Below are positions 48,397 to 62,400 of a DNA stretch of 64,000 nt, piece by piece. Every line of letters begins with the position of its first letter. The stretch's first letter is position 1. This DNA comes from Marsupella aquatica (lineage: Eukaryota; Plantae; Marchantiophyta): NCBI GenBank assembly GCA_973895155.1, contig OZ316892.1, positions 22,731,168 to 22,795,167 on the forward strand, in the 5' to 3' direction. The translations under genes were made by a program, and so were the position numbers. A model generated the notes under the pieces. That model did no database searches, was not told the origin of the DNA, and saw nothing but the letters and a program-made list of their open reading frames with translations.

Positions 48397-50997
48397 TATC
48401 GGGCCAGCAGGAGCCTGCTTCTGGACCTAAAAAATATTTCAGGGGGCTACTAAAAAATCCATCCAATCTCTAGAAAAGAATGATTAATTATTCTTCTCAA
48501 CATGGGAATCCTTTTGAACGGAAACCACTACAAGACAAACTATTTTACATTGGGGGGGGGGGGGGATTCTCCACACTTTTGGGTACCTTAAGATATATTT
48601 GTTTTCTCATCTATCTAGATATGATAGTCCTAAAAGCTTTTTAGTACCATTTGGAGCAGATTGTTTAAAGTTGGAACACCCCTACTCAGCTGGTGTATGT
48701 TGCACTATAGATTTCCCAGGCAAGCACTATTCTTTGTCGGGCATGGCTATTGGTTTAAAGGCTTCTAGACAAATTCCTCTTTAGGCCCCTCTTAAGCAAT
48801 TTACTCTGGAGCTTTACCAGGCTCACGAGGGCTTTTGTTCTTTTGCCATTCAATTGGGGACTCTCTGGCTTTTTTTCCTCTGTGGCCTTCCCTAGCTGAC
48901 TTTCTCTACTTCACTATTGTAGAGGTCTCCAGTCTTTTTGGATCCTGTCTCCCGCTTTGACATTTCTCCCCTTCAATGGATCCCTGGCCTTTAGGATTGT
49001 GTCTCCCAGGTGGGCTCCCAGGTAGGTGCTTCTTGGTCATTGGCAAGGTGATATATACTACCGCATCCTGGCTGAAAACTAGCATGAGGTGTATGTGTTT
49101 GTTACTAGTCTTATGAATGCAGCCTCCTCCTTCCCAAGAAAGGCCCAATAAATATGTTGCCTTGGAACCCCATGAAGGACAATCATGTAGTAATATGCAT
49201 ATGCTCATGAAGCATCTCTCTTGTTGGGAACTCATGTGGGTAAAATCCATAACAATAAAATAAAACAGCAAAAGAGGAGGAAGGAAATTGTGTCGTATCT
49301 GATCTCATTAATTCCCGCATTAACTACCAGTGGCTGAAAACACCTATAGCAGCCTAAGGTCTTTGTATATAGCTGACGGGATAGTTCAGGCATTATACCA
49401 TTTCACCCAATTTCTATCCTCAATGGCTTCTTTTGTCAACAAGTGTTTGTTGCACTACAAAATGGTCAGAAATTCACGATTCTTTAGGCTCAGGCTATTG
49501 GTTTTAGGGATTCTAGACAAATTCCTTGTTGGGACCCCCCGATGAGGTTTACTCAAGAGCTTTACCAGGCTGTTAAGTTTGTTGCTTAATATGGCTTTAG
49601 TTCATTGTCGTAGTTGGGGACTCACAGACTTTTTGGCTCTTTGGTCTTCTTGGTCCCTGCTTTTCTCCCCTTCATTGGGTCTCCGACCTTTGGAATCCTG
49701 TCTCCCAGTTAGATGCTTCTCCCCTTCATTGAGTCCCCGGCCTCTGGCTTCTTGTCTCCCTGTGAGAGGCTTTTTGTTCATTGGTGATATATACTAGGTA
49801 CCACGTACATTGTGGCTGAAAAACAATGATACTAGCCTGAGATGTTTGTGTATGTCACTAATGTTCTGAATCACTCCCTAAGAAAGGCCCAAGATAATAT
49901 GTTGCCTTTCTACCCAATGAAGGCCCAGGTGAAGGCCAATCATGTATCATAGTGGTGGGCCTAGCCACCTAGCGCCCTCATTCCAGTAATCTTGCCTTTT
50001 TACTTTTGGTGCTCAAATGCCTCCATGGAACTCCACAAGCAAGCAACTCGATGCCTCTATCACCGCCAACGGCAACTCCCATACAAGGCCGCACTTGCTT
50101 CTCTACACGACCATCGCTTAGTGTCCCCTACTGTCTGCACACACAACCAACCGCATCGGTAAGTAACTCTCCTTGATCTTGGATCCCAAGACCATTTTCC
50201 CATTTTTCTTGCCTCAAGCTTTAACGGTTGTTAGTAACTAAGTAGGTTAGTGGATAGAGCCTCCCACGCCCGTGTGGCCTTGCCATAAGCTGAAGCTAAG
50301 GTTGACACCCACTATTTGTCTAGAACAGCCCCTTTATTGGGTGTCGCCCAAGCTTCCTCACTTTTGATCCATCATCGGCTGACCTCCCTGCCTCCAGGGC
50401 ATGCCCATGGACCAAATAACTAGCTTGTCCCAAATGGTGGGAGCTGTTTGACCTTGACTCTAGCAACCATATCTGTGGCTCTAACTCAACTGAGAGTCCA
50501 AGGGCAAGATTCACTTGGACCTCAACACCCTCCCTACTCTGCGTGCCTCCCCAATGCAAACTTCCATGGGAAACTGAAATTGGCTTGGCTACTATTTTGG
50601 TAGGATCAGCTAGTGGGTGAGATAGCCCTTAAAAACCATGAGGACCAAAGGCACCCCCAAACCCAGATGACATAGGAGGATGTAGGCATTTCCCCTTAGT
50701 GGCACAACCTCCACGCTTCCCAACTTGGGCTCCCGCTTGGGCTCACCCCTGGCCCATTGGGAGACACCACTCCTCTCATATATGGCTTTGGAGACCTAGC
50801 TTGTCACCCCCGGATCAACTTTGGTCCCCTATTTTTGGCCCTCTACCTCGACTCCAACCCTCGCTCCAACCCGATTGACTAAACACAAAGTTCACTTGCT
50901 AGGCCCATGACTTTCTAGTTAGATATCCGTGAGATGCTTTAGCCTGTTGAGATGGGTCCAACACGGTGCTCATGCTCAGGCCCTCGGAACTCATTGC

Positions 50998-53900
50998 TGT
51001 TGGGTATTTACTCTTACGTCTAGGTTAGGTATGACGTGGTTGGTACAACAACGTGGGTTGGTACAACTACGTGGTTAGGTACAACTATGTGGTTAGGTAC
51101 AACTACGTGATTAGGTACAACTATGTGGTTAGGTACAACTAAGTTGCACACTATATCATAAGAGGCATGTGTGCTTGGAGAGGTAGAACCAAGGCTCATT
51201 GTTATGGAGCCACTTGAGAGATAGGGAGAGCTTACACTGTGGAGACTCGGTATAGCCGACGGGCTTAGAGTTCAGTAAAGCTCTCTTGTGTGTTCTCGTG
51301 GACGTAGCCTCAAGGAGGTGAACCACGTATCTCTTGTGTCGACTATTGTGCGTTGGATGGTTCATGGGCTTGCCGTTGCGATCGTCGTCTATGCTCAACA
51401 ATTGGTATCAGAGCATGCTTGGGAGGTGGCGTGTGTTCGTGATGGGATTTCATGACGGTTTTTCCAGCGTTGAGTATTGGTGGATTTTCCAGAGTTCCAT
51501 CGCATGGAACTTGGAGTTTATGGGCTCAACGGATAGATCAGGGCAAGAGCTTTCTAACGGTGTGAAGAAATCGTTGAACGGAGCTCGTGGTGCAGAGAGA
51601 TCTAAGTTTTCGTCGTTCTGGATTTTGTGAAGAAAGTTGGCAATCGACTCGGAGGGAGAAGCGTCAAGTGTTTTGACTCAACGGAGAGATTGAGGCAAGA
51701 CGATTGTTTTTGAGTCCGGGATTGGCTCTTTGATGCAAAGAGGAAGGCTAAGCAAAATCAATTACCTTGTTGGACTTGGTGACGGCACCAAGTGCAATTG
51801 ATCAACATTCGTTGTTGACAAGACGTGGAACTTGAAGCACGAGGATCACCGCGGAGGTTTCAGGGGCAGAGAGAGGAGCAGGAGGAAGAGCACGTGACAC
51901 CGATACCATCACCGGTGCGGCGTGTGGTGGAGGAAGCAGTACTACTACCGGAGCTCACGGTAAAGAAGAAGATGGGGACTTTCAAGCTTGGGGGACCCAA
52001 GTATGAAGTGACAAAGTATGATGGGCGCTCTGACTACTTGCTATGGGAGAAGCAGGTGAAGGGAGTGCTTTATGCGTCAGGGATGGGCCAACTGCTGAGC
52101 CCTCGTGAAGACGATGTTGATGAGAAACAATGGGACCGCATGCAGGAGCAGGGAGTGTGGTGTGTTACACTCTATCTCATGCCTCCCATCATCAAGCAGT
52201 TGGGTGCACATAAGGATTGCATGTCCTTGTTTGCAGAATTGCAGAGCAAGTATCACCGCAAGGAGTTGTCGAACCGGCTCTACACTTCCTACAAACTGAT
52301 GAGTTTCAGGATGAAGGAATCTGGTACGAAGTTGCAAGACCATGTGGATGCTTTCAACGACATGGTTGTTGACTTGGAAAACCTTGGGGAGACTTTGAAT
52401 GATGAGACGAAGGCTCTGCAGCTTCTTAGTTCATTGCCTCCATCTTACCAGTCCCTATCACGAGTGTTGTTGCATCGTGATAGGGATACCATTTCATACA
52501 ATGATGTGGTAAGTTCTCTGCTTAGTGATGATCTTCAGCAGAAGATGCACATCACGTCACAGCCTTCATCATCTGGTGCTGCCCTCAATGTTAACCGTGG
52601 GAGGAGTATGCAGCGACCAACTGGGGACCGTAGAACCCAGTTTAGATCTAAATCCAGATCTAAGTCCAAGGGTAAATCCCCTCAGAGGAGGCAGGTGACA
52701 TGTTGGAAGTGCAACCAAGTTGGATACTTCAAGCGAGACTGTAAGGGAAAGGCAGCGGAAACTTCATCGGCAAATGTGGCTAGGGCTGATGGAGAAGCTG
52801 ATTTACTCAATGATGAGTATGTTTTATGAAGCCGGGGGTATGCCCTGTGCACGTCATCTAGGAGAGCAGATGATGTGTGGATTCTTGATTGTGCTTGCTC
52901 TTTTCATATTTGTTACATTCGTGAGTTTTTCAGTTCTTACTCTATTTCAAACGGTTCAGTTCTGATGGGAAATGATCACTCCTGTCAAATTGAGGGAATT
53001 GGGTCTGTGAAGATTCAAATGTTTGATGGCGCTGTGCGCACAGTGTCCGGAGTCAGGTATGTACCTGGCATGCGTAAGAATCTGATTTCACTCGGTGTGT
53101 TGGATTCAAATGGTCATCAATGAAGCGTTATTGATGGTGAACTTCAAGTCAGGTCGGGAGAGACAGTGATTTTGAAGGGGAGTAGAAAAAATAATTTGTA
53201 TGTGTTACAGGGCAATACTGTATGTGGAGAGGCCAATGTAACCAAGTCTCACGAGGAGATGACTCAACTGTGGCATTCACGGCTAGGCCACATGAGTGAG
53301 AAGGGTTTGGCTATCTTACGGAAGAATGGACTCATTTCTGATTTGCAATCTTGTAAATTAGAGTTTTGTGAGCATTGCATTCTTGGAAAGCAGCATCGTC
53401 GTGCTTTTGATATTGGAACTCATCGTTCCAAAGCGGTTCTTGAGTACATACATAGTGACGTGTGGGGTCCATCCCCGACTCCCTCACACTCTGGAAAGTT
53501 ATACTATGTATCATTTATTGATGATTACTCAAGATTTGTGTGGATTTATTTCATGACGCATAAGTCTGATGTCTTGTCCATTTTTAAGAAGTGGAAGGCC
53601 CAGGTGGAGAATCAGACTGGAAACACGATCAAGTGTTTGGATACAAGGGTGAAGAGTCTGAGGTCAGACAACGGCGGGGAGTACACTTCAATGGAATTTG
53701 AAGAGTACTGTTCAGAACAGGGGATAACTCGCCATCTCACCACAGTTTATACTCCGCAGCAGAATGGTGTCGCTGAGAGGCTCAATCGGACACTGTTGGA
53801 GCGGTCATGGAGTATGTTGAGCCAATCAGGTTTACCACAAGAATTTTGGGCAGAAGCTGTCAATACCGCAGCTTATTTGGTAAATCTTTCTCCTTCTAGT

Positions 53901-56700
53901 GCTATCAATTTCAAAACGCCGTTTGAGATGCGCTATAAGCGGCAAGCAGACTATCATGGCTTGGTAATTTTTGGAAGTGATGCATATGCTCTCACACCAA
54001 AGCAGAATAGGACCAAGTTGGATCCTACCTCCAGGAAATGTGTTTTTCTTGGGTACCAGAGTGGTGTGAAAGCCTATAGGCTATGGGATCCTATTGCCTG
54101 TAAGCTCGTTGTCAGTAGGGATGTTTCCGTCAATGAATCCAGATTATTGAAGGAGGGGGAGAATACTCAGGTCTCCCGTACTGACAAAGGAAAATCTCCT
54201 ATCCCGGATCTCGTTGAGGGGGAGATTGGTTATGAGGTGCATGACCGGAGAGAAGGAGTTGCTCCAATTATGGAGCTGGTTCCTATGCCAGAGGAACCAG
54301 AGGAGTTTGTTGATGCTGGTGAGCAACAAATGGATGCTGTTGAGCTTCAAATTGTACCAGCACACGCAGATCAACCGGAGTCATCGGCTAGAAGAACATC
54401 TGGTCGCACTGTACGCGCTCCATCAAGGTATGGACAGTGGGTTGATTCATCTCAACTGCAAGAGGATGATTTTACAGCTGATGATGAGGGTGATGCGTTA
54501 ATTTTGGAAGAAGGAGAACCTTCTTCATTTCATGAGGCAAGTGCTTCAAAAGAGAAGCAGAAGTGGACTGTAGCAATGCAAACGGAGATGCAGTCACTAA
54601 AGGACAACAAAACTTGGGAGCTTGTTAAGCTGCCTAAGGGTCAGCAAGTGGATTTACAAGCTGAAGGATAATTCCATAGGAGGTGGATCGAAGGTCTACA
54701 AGGCTAGATTGGTAGCAAAGGGATTCACACAAGAGAAAGGTGTGGATTACAATGAGGTCTTCTCACCAGTTGCTAAGTACTCTACAATACGACTATTGTG
54801 TGTACTTGTTGTAATGTTTGGTTTGCTCCTAGATCAGATGGATGTTGTCACAGCTTTCCTCTATGGCACATTGGAAGAGGTGATCTTCATGAGACAACCG
54901 CTAGGTTTTGTGAAGAGAGGACAGGAGGAATTGGTTTGCAGATTGCTGAAATCCTTGTATGGGTTGAAGCAGTCACCAAGACAGTGGAACAAGCGGTTTG
55001 ACGATTGGATTCGGTCATAAGGTTTTCACAGAAGTGTATTTGACCCTTGTGTGTATTTGAAACCGGTGAAGAATGTTGTCTTTGGGTTCATTGTTTTAGT
55101 ACTTTATGTGGATGACATGCTAATTGCAGCCAAGGATAGGTCTGAGATTGTTAAGCTCAAGGCACTGCTTAGTGCAAAGTTTAAGATGAAGGACTTAGGG
55201 CCAGCTAAGAGGATTTTGGGTATGGAGATCACTAGGGACTTGGAGGCTGGCAAGCTATGGTTGACGCAGAGCAGTTATGCGAGGAAGGTAATTGCAAGGT
55301 TCAACATGGAGAATAGCAAGCCAGTAAGTACCCCGTTGGCTCCACACTTCAAGTTATCATCAGCGTTCTGTCCTACGGATGACACAGAGAAGGGCTTGAT
55401 GTCAAAGGTTCCATATGACAAGGCAGTGGGGAGTCTCATGTATTTGATGACTTGCACTAGACCTGATCTTGCCATGGCTATGGGCAAGGTGAGCAGGTAC
55501 ATGTCGAATCCAGGGAAGGTACACTGGGAAGCAGTGAAGTGGATTATCAGGTACTTGAAGGGTACCGTGGATCATGGTCTTTTATTTGATGCGAATGCAA
55601 AGAATGCTAGATCATTGATTGGCTATGTAGATTCTGACTATGGACAAGATTTGGACCGAAGGAGATCAACAACAGGATACGTGTTCACACTTGGCGGTGG
55701 ATGCATAAGTTGGAGGTCTACTTTGCAGAAGTGTATTGCTCAGTCTACTACAGAAGCGGAGTATGTTGCAGCTGCGGAAGCAGCAAAGGAAGCGATTTGG
55801 TTGGATAGACTTATCACTGAAATGGGATTGCCACAGGGGAATGTGAAGCTCCATTGTGATAGTCAAAGTGCGCTCCACCTTGCTGTGAACCAGGTGATGG
55901 ACAGCAGAGTGAAGCACATTGACGTCAGGTACCATTTTATCAGGTAGGCTGTGTCTGATAATTTGTTTGAGCTAGTCAAGATTGATGGTAAACTCAACCC
56001 GGCTGACGCATTTACCAAAGTGATTCCTTTGGAGAGTTTCTCTAGACACCGTGACGTATTGCAGGTTTTGCAATTGCATCACAAGTAGAGTTTTCTTAAA
56101 CATTCATTGTAATTACTGATATATGCTCTTCCTCATTCCTATGTATTAGGCTACGGCTTAGTTCTGGTTTGCTCTAGTTAGAGAGGGAAACCGGTTTGGT
56201 TTCTGTCCAGAACTTCCCGCTGAGGGATCATATACATTGGCAGTATTACTCTCCCCTAGACCAGAGTCAAGGGGAAGATTGTTGGGTATTTACTCTTACG
56301 TCTAGGTTAGGTATGACGTGGTTGGTACAACAACGTGGGCTGGTACAACTACGTGGTTAGGTACAACTACGTGATTAGGTACAACTATGTGGTTAGGTAC
56401 AACTACGTGATTAGGTACAACTATGTGGTTAGGTACAACTAAGTTGCACACTATATCATAAGAGGCATGTGTGCTTGGAGAGGTAGAACCAAGGCTCATT
56501 GTTATGGAGCCACTTGAGAGATAGGGAGAGCTTACACTGTGGAGACTCGGTATAGCCGACGGGCTTAGAGTTCAGTAAAGCTCTCTTGTGTGTTCCCGTG
56601 GACGTAGCCTCAAGGAGGTGAACCACGTATCTCTTGTGTCGACTATTGTGCGTTGGATGGTTCATGGGCTTGCCATTGCGATCGTCGTCTATGCTCAACA
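50998..56700 (+). mobile_element. Full-length Ty1/copia LTR retrotransposon
   Basis: LTRs 50998-51400 and 56280-56700 (TGTTG...CAACA), 5-bp TSD ATTGC, PBS TGGTATCAGAGC (tRNA-iMet) at 51403-51414, PPT at about 56266-56279, and domain order gag-PR-INT-RT-RH. Confidence 0.97.
51972..56088 (+). pseudogene. Copia gag-pol polyprotein with stops and one frameshift
   Basis: Gag with LLSSLPPSY and knuckle CWKCNQVGYFKRDC; PR WILDCACSFH; INT WHSRLGH, HSDVWGP, LRSDNGGEY, PQQNGVAER; [28 protein letters not shown]; RH GYVDSD, STTEAEY. Stops at 52827, 53121, 55018 and 55945; frameshift near 54645. Confidence 0.93.
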
Positions 56701-57468
56701 ATTGCCAGCCAAGGATCTCGGACGGATACACCTGAGCCGTGCCATATCTCATGTGCCAAGCATTTGTTCCGCCTGGACTAAATTTCTTTGCCTTGGGTTC
56801 AAGAGGAGCTCTCACCCAAGCGCTCAGAACTTAGAGTTTGTCCAAGGGTCCGGACAATCTTCCCTGAGCTTGACTATTCTGATGACCCAACAACTCCCAA
56901 CGCCAGTCTAAGTCCCTTGTATGTGTGCGCCACCAGCTCAGCGCATCATCTTTGCTAGTACAACGCTTCAAGCCCACAAGTCTCCCCATACTTAGTCTTC
57001 ACAAGATGGCCGTCCTGGGGTCTGGATCCTAGAGAAGCTCAATGTGGGAGTCATGGACGCTGGAGCTAAGTGGTAGGGTAGTCAAGTTTCATGACTGTCA
57101 TGAAACATCTCTCTTGTCGTGCATGAACTCACTTGACTACAAAATATAACAATGAAATACAACAACAAAAAGAAAGGATGGAAAGTGTGTCATATCTGAT
57201 CTCATTAAATACCACATCCGGGATAAAAGTAACAATAGTAGCCTGTGTGAACATGGTTGAGGCCTTAGGGCAGTATTCCATTAGCCCTCAACACTGTCGC
57301 CCACTTTTGTGTTTGAGGGTGAACTCAAGTTCATTCCATTGGACCCTTTCCTGACACATTTTGAATGAACAAGACCAATGGCGGACGGGCAACAAGTAAC
57401 AGTTGGGACATAAAAAGGGCACAAAAGGAGACATTACGGCAGAGGGGAACTACGTACAAACAGGGAAT

Positions 57469-58890
57469 GATTCCAAGCAAAGTGGAACAATTCTTGCAGA
57501 ACCTCAAGAATGGTTTTGAATTGATGGATTCAACTCACGATGACGATGGTTCAAGAAAGACAAGATTGGAATCCATGGCTGCTTTTGTAATCATCAATGC
57601 AACGGTGGCTGCATCACGTGTTGTTTTGGTTATGACTGGAACCATGTATGAGCTACTACATTCTAGGAGAAGAAGCAGCATGATGATGTCAAGAACAAGG
57701 CAACATGGGAGTGACATAGATTGGAAGACAGTTTGGTTATTCATTCAAGTCATCCAAAGCTTTTTCATGATGAAAAGGGAGATTGAATCCCCTTGGTACA
57801 TCAAACCACGGAGCATATCAATGGTTTTATCTGTTCATCAACTTTTTACCTTATGATGATCCTGATCAAGAGGTTTAAAGAGTTCTTTTGTGTGTGCCCC
57901 AATACCTTTCAATTGATGTAATTTGCAAGATGATACACAATGAAATGGTCACAAATCCACCACGAGCATTTTGTAGTTTGCCAAATAGACAACTCTCAGT
58001 CTAGATATTTTGAATGCTACAAAGACTTTCCACTAGAGATCAGTTTCTTGGAATTGCAGAGCTGTTCGGGGTTTCTTGCCCCACTGTGATCAAGGTAACT
58101 TGGAAGTTCATTTAGGCTAATTAATAAACCAGGCAGATGGCTTATCAAATGGCCAGCCGGATTAGAATTGGATGATGTGAAAAGACAATTGCTTTGACGT
58201 TGGGGATTCCCTAATTGTTGTGGTGCTATCGTGGGCACACACTTTCCTGTTGAATTACCATTAGCAAAGCGTAGCCAAGACTGTCATGATTTCAAGAAAA
58301 AAACTCCAGTTTCTATGCACGCTGTTGTTGATTTGAAACTAAGGTTCTTGGATGGTGTGGCTGGATGGCCCGATGGCATTCAAGAAACAAGACTACTCAA
58401 AGTGTCTACTTTTTTTAGAGATGTTGAATATAGATGAACAAAGCTGCACGGCTTGGAATATCACTGTCAAGATGGAGAATCAGTTTTGAGAGAACACATA
58501 CTTAGTGATGCAGATTACCGCTTGTATCCGTGGCTAATGGTGCCTTTCACAAGGGAAATTTCAGCAAAGCATGATTGGTTGAATTATTAGCACTCGCAAA
58601 GTAGGATGGCAACTAAAAGAGCTTTTGGGTAGCTGAAAGCAAATTGGTGCATTCTGAGTCAAATATTGTGGAAACCTCAAAAGGAAAGAATTGGCCTTAT
58701 GATCTATTCTTGTTGTCTTCTACATCATTTTTTGAATGAGAGAGGCAAGTATTTTTGCCCTGATTTACTCTGTGGTATCATTGCCCATCCAGGTGGATAC
58801 AATGGAGTCCATATGCCTCACAGAAAGTATATAGAAGGGGACCTGAGGCTTGGGACAATTTATTGAATGAGGTTTGGTTTTCTGATTAGC
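57469..58890 (+). pseudogene. PIF/Harbinger (HARBI1-like, DDE_Tnp_4) transposase, decayed
   Basis: GFPNCCGAIVGTHF, MHAVVD..LRFLD..AGWP, ILSDADY.LYPWLMVPF, KRAFG*LK.NW.IL and SCCLLHHF. Confidence 0.85.
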
Positions 58891-59778
58891 ATAGGAGAAA
58901 TAGAAGAATGTAAACATAGACCTTACAATTCAAATATCAATGGACATCCAGTACAAATGCATTGTCAACAAACGCATTATTGGGGCTGTCAAGTACCAAG
59001 GGGCAGGCCGGTCACATCTTCACATGATCTACACTGCAGGAATTGATCAAAGGGGCAAGTCAAATTTGTGCTAGGGGTTGGTTCTCACAGTTGGTCTTCG
59101 ACATTCATTGAGTATACAACAGGAGTCATTCATGGGTTTGCAAGTCTATACTGAGGGGCAAGTCACATAAAAAAGGTTCTCATGCTACATGCAGAAAAGT
59201 CAGTCACCTTGGCCATAGGGAGTCACTCGTTGGATTATTAGAACCGGGTGCAAACAAATAAAAGTTATTTCTAATATTGTCAAGCCAATAATTATAATCA
59301 AACAATTATACTAAAGGCATTTAAAAATCCAATTTTGAAAAAATTATTGATTTTTATATTCAGCAAGGTATTCAAAAATTTGTAAGGCATATAATAAAGG
59401 GTACAAGGGTTTCTTTAATTTAATTTAATTTTTAATTAATTTTTCAAATTTAATTGGTTTGTCTCACGTGTTTTAGGGGTTTTACACTAAGTGATTCCCT
59501 AGGGCACCTTGGTTTTTGCACAACTCTTTAGTTCATCTAACAGTTCCGGTGAGGGAGTGCAACTACTTGGCACTCCATACATTCTCAGGACGTATAGATA
59601 CTCATCAGTCTATGCAAATCTTCACTCGCATTTGGTTGCTTGGTAGATAGCTACAATCTTCTCTCATGCACTTGCTCGCTTTGTGGTTAGTTGCCGATTG
59701 TGTGCTCTGCCTCTCTTGATGAATTCAACTTGTTTGATTGCTGGTTGTGTGCAATTGCTTTGTGGTGGGCTCACCTCA

Positions 59779-60040
59779 TGTAAGAAACCATCGGCTTCGG
59801 ACTAGAAAGCAATGCAAAACATGAGAAGACACTCAATCAAACGCTACATCAATGAGACACTCCAAGTGGAGAAACTCCTGAAGGATTCATAGCATATGAG
59901 AGTACATGTGAAGAATGAGGGAGAGAATGCTCTCCCTCCAACCTATACCCCCCAAAGGAGGACTAAGATGTGTGAGCCTAAATAAGTGGATCTTATCCTA
60001 AACTAACTAGAAGTCAGGAATTGAGAGTCAATTCCTAACA
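59779..60040. mobile_element. Solo LTR nested in the PIF element
   Basis: TGTAAG...CTAACA ends and a 5-bp TSD CCTCA (59774-59778 and 60041-60045). It is homologous to the sequence starting at about 63896. Confidence 0.8.
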
Positions 60041-61299
60041 CCTCATTCAGATGCCTATTGTGTTTGCAACAAAGGTGGGAGTAGGGTTTGGGTTTGAAGG
60101 AGACAATGTGCTAGCTTGCCTTTGTGGTGGAGTGATCAGCTACCAATTGTGTCACTTTCTGGTTAGCTGCCGATTGTATGCTCTACCTCTCTTGCTTTTG
60201 TGGCGGAGTGATCAGCAACCAATTGTGTCTTCTTGCTCTTGTGGTCTTCAGTTGCTATGGATTCAATATGCCTCTAAAAACTGAAGTTTTTGATGCTACC
60301 CATCCCGTTACCCATCTTGGAAGAGGAGTTGAGGATACAAATCGGGATTCCAATGCAAACAAGGAGGTCATTGAGATACTGTCAGACACTGCACTTTCAA
60401 TCGACAAAGGCTCAAAGTCAATCAATGATGTGGGTGTGAAAGAAGATGATGGGAAGGAGGCTACTAGCACACCTCAGCCGACACCACAATCAACATATGG
60501 CCAAATTGGCCCAATGACTCTACTTAGTGAAGAAGTTCAAGTCCAGAAGAAAAGGGTTAGCCAGGCGGAAGAGGTCAAACATTTGGGACAGAGAAGAGGA
60601 TCGGAAGCACGAATCTCGAGAGGGGCAACACGACACTGATGGCAGCTCTGGAGACGGTGTGACATGTGGGGGATATCAATGGCAATATCCCTCACCCTGA
60701 AGCAATCTTTGGATACAAATTGCTAAGTATAGTGAATGGTGTCAAACCGATCGATTAGAGAGCACACAACCCAAAGCTACTGTAGTACAATGTTTTAAAA
60801 GAATACATAGCAGCTGCCTAGTAGAAGGCCTGGTATAAGCTTCATAGTTGTTTTGCAGAGTAGCATGCAGGTTTTTTTGGGGAGTTTTGGGTAACAATTT
60901 TGTATGGACAACAAGCAAGTAGGGATCAAGGCTATGTTTTGAGCAGATTGTGGCTCTCAAATTTTGTAAGCGTGTCTTAAAATCAATGGAACACAATGCA
61001 TTCACCAGCTTTCAATCCTCTATGCAAGATTGTGTAATGTAGACAATGCCTTCAGTTTCTTTACAACAAGCACAAAGTTGATCCCTAAACTTTGAGCACT
61101 TTCATTCTACGGAGAGTTTGAATCTGTACACAGTGGGCAAGTCTCACAGCTTGCTAACATCCAATGCTTTATTGCTCTTAATGTTGAATTCATTGATTCT
61201 GATCCTTGTTTTTGCATTCTGAAAGTAAAGTGAAGTATTGGTCAATCCAAGTTTTCCAAGTTAAGTACAATTTTGGTCAATCAGCAATTGGCCTTGCAA

Positions 61300-62400
61300 G
61301 TAACTACCTCTTTTTTGCCATCTTTGTTGCAAAAAAGCAAATTAATCAAATCTGCAATTCATGTAATTATGGCAATTGACATTGTCTCAATTGTCTTTGA
61401 CTGGTGCACTAAAACTTCCTGATACCTCTCCTTTCTGCAACTTGTTTCTTCCTGAAACAATTTTCTCTCAGAGTTTTTACCAAGATAATCTAAATAAATG
61501 GTAGTCGCATCTTGAATTGGTCATCAAGTTTATCTCTGCAACTTTTCTTCACCCTTATATATTATTGACTTCCGGATGGTGGCGTTCGCTGCTGCCCATC
61601 ATGTTCTCCATTTGATGGCGTCCTTTGGTGCTGCCCATCATGTTCCCCAGTTGATGGCATCCTTTGCTGGCCATCTCCTTCTGCCTATGATGCTTCCATT
61701 GGATGTGGCGGTGGAGAGTCAACTTCCACATCATCTCCTGGGGTGGTTGTATTTGTGAAGGGTGTTGTATGTTCTGAATTGAATTCCTGGGTCTGCTGCA
61801 TGTTTTCTTTGTGAACATCTCCACTGTCCACGACCTGGTTTGGTGATGGGTTGACAACTCTATGTGTGCCCATCCAACAATCCAAGTTCTCAAAAAGCTC
61901 ATGCGCAAAATTCACCGGGAGTTTCTTGTTCCTATTGACACTCCCCAATTCATAGTAGATCTCTTGTCCGCTCACTACATGGTTCTGGTAATCATACACC
62001 TTCTTGAAGACGGTCACTAATTGTTCCCAACATCTCTTCATCTGCATTGCCTGCCTCAACACCCCTTCTTTGGCCATGGCAATTTGTATCTCCCTCCACT
62101 TTTGATTTGGTGTCTTATCCTATCCCTCGATGAATGATTCAAAGAGGCTTCATGTTCCATGCACTTAATTAACTGCAATCAACACACACAATTCATGGAG
62201 CTTCCATTGCCTAGTGGAGGTTGGATCATTCACCCGATCATTCATGGTATTTACATTCTGATTCCCTGCTACTCTTGCACCAGCTGCACTATGCAAAGGA
62301 GGTCAAGCATTCACATTATCATTTCTAGCAGCTCCTGCACCACCAGCTCGAAGTGTCAAAGCTCCTACTTCGCTTTCATCACTTCCAGTGGGCACTTGAG
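61300..62400 (-). pseudogene. Myb/SANT (trihelix-like) second ORF of the PIF element, decayed
   Basis: QMKRCWEQLVTVFKKVYDYQ...YYEL...KLPVNF.HELFENLD matches the trihelix/Myb-like domain typical of Harbinger ORF1. Boundaries are approximate. Confidence 0.7.

Noticed and set aside
60178-60639. 153-aa ORF inside the PIF element
   Set aside because: No recognisable domain; it begins in repeat sequence next to the solo LTR.
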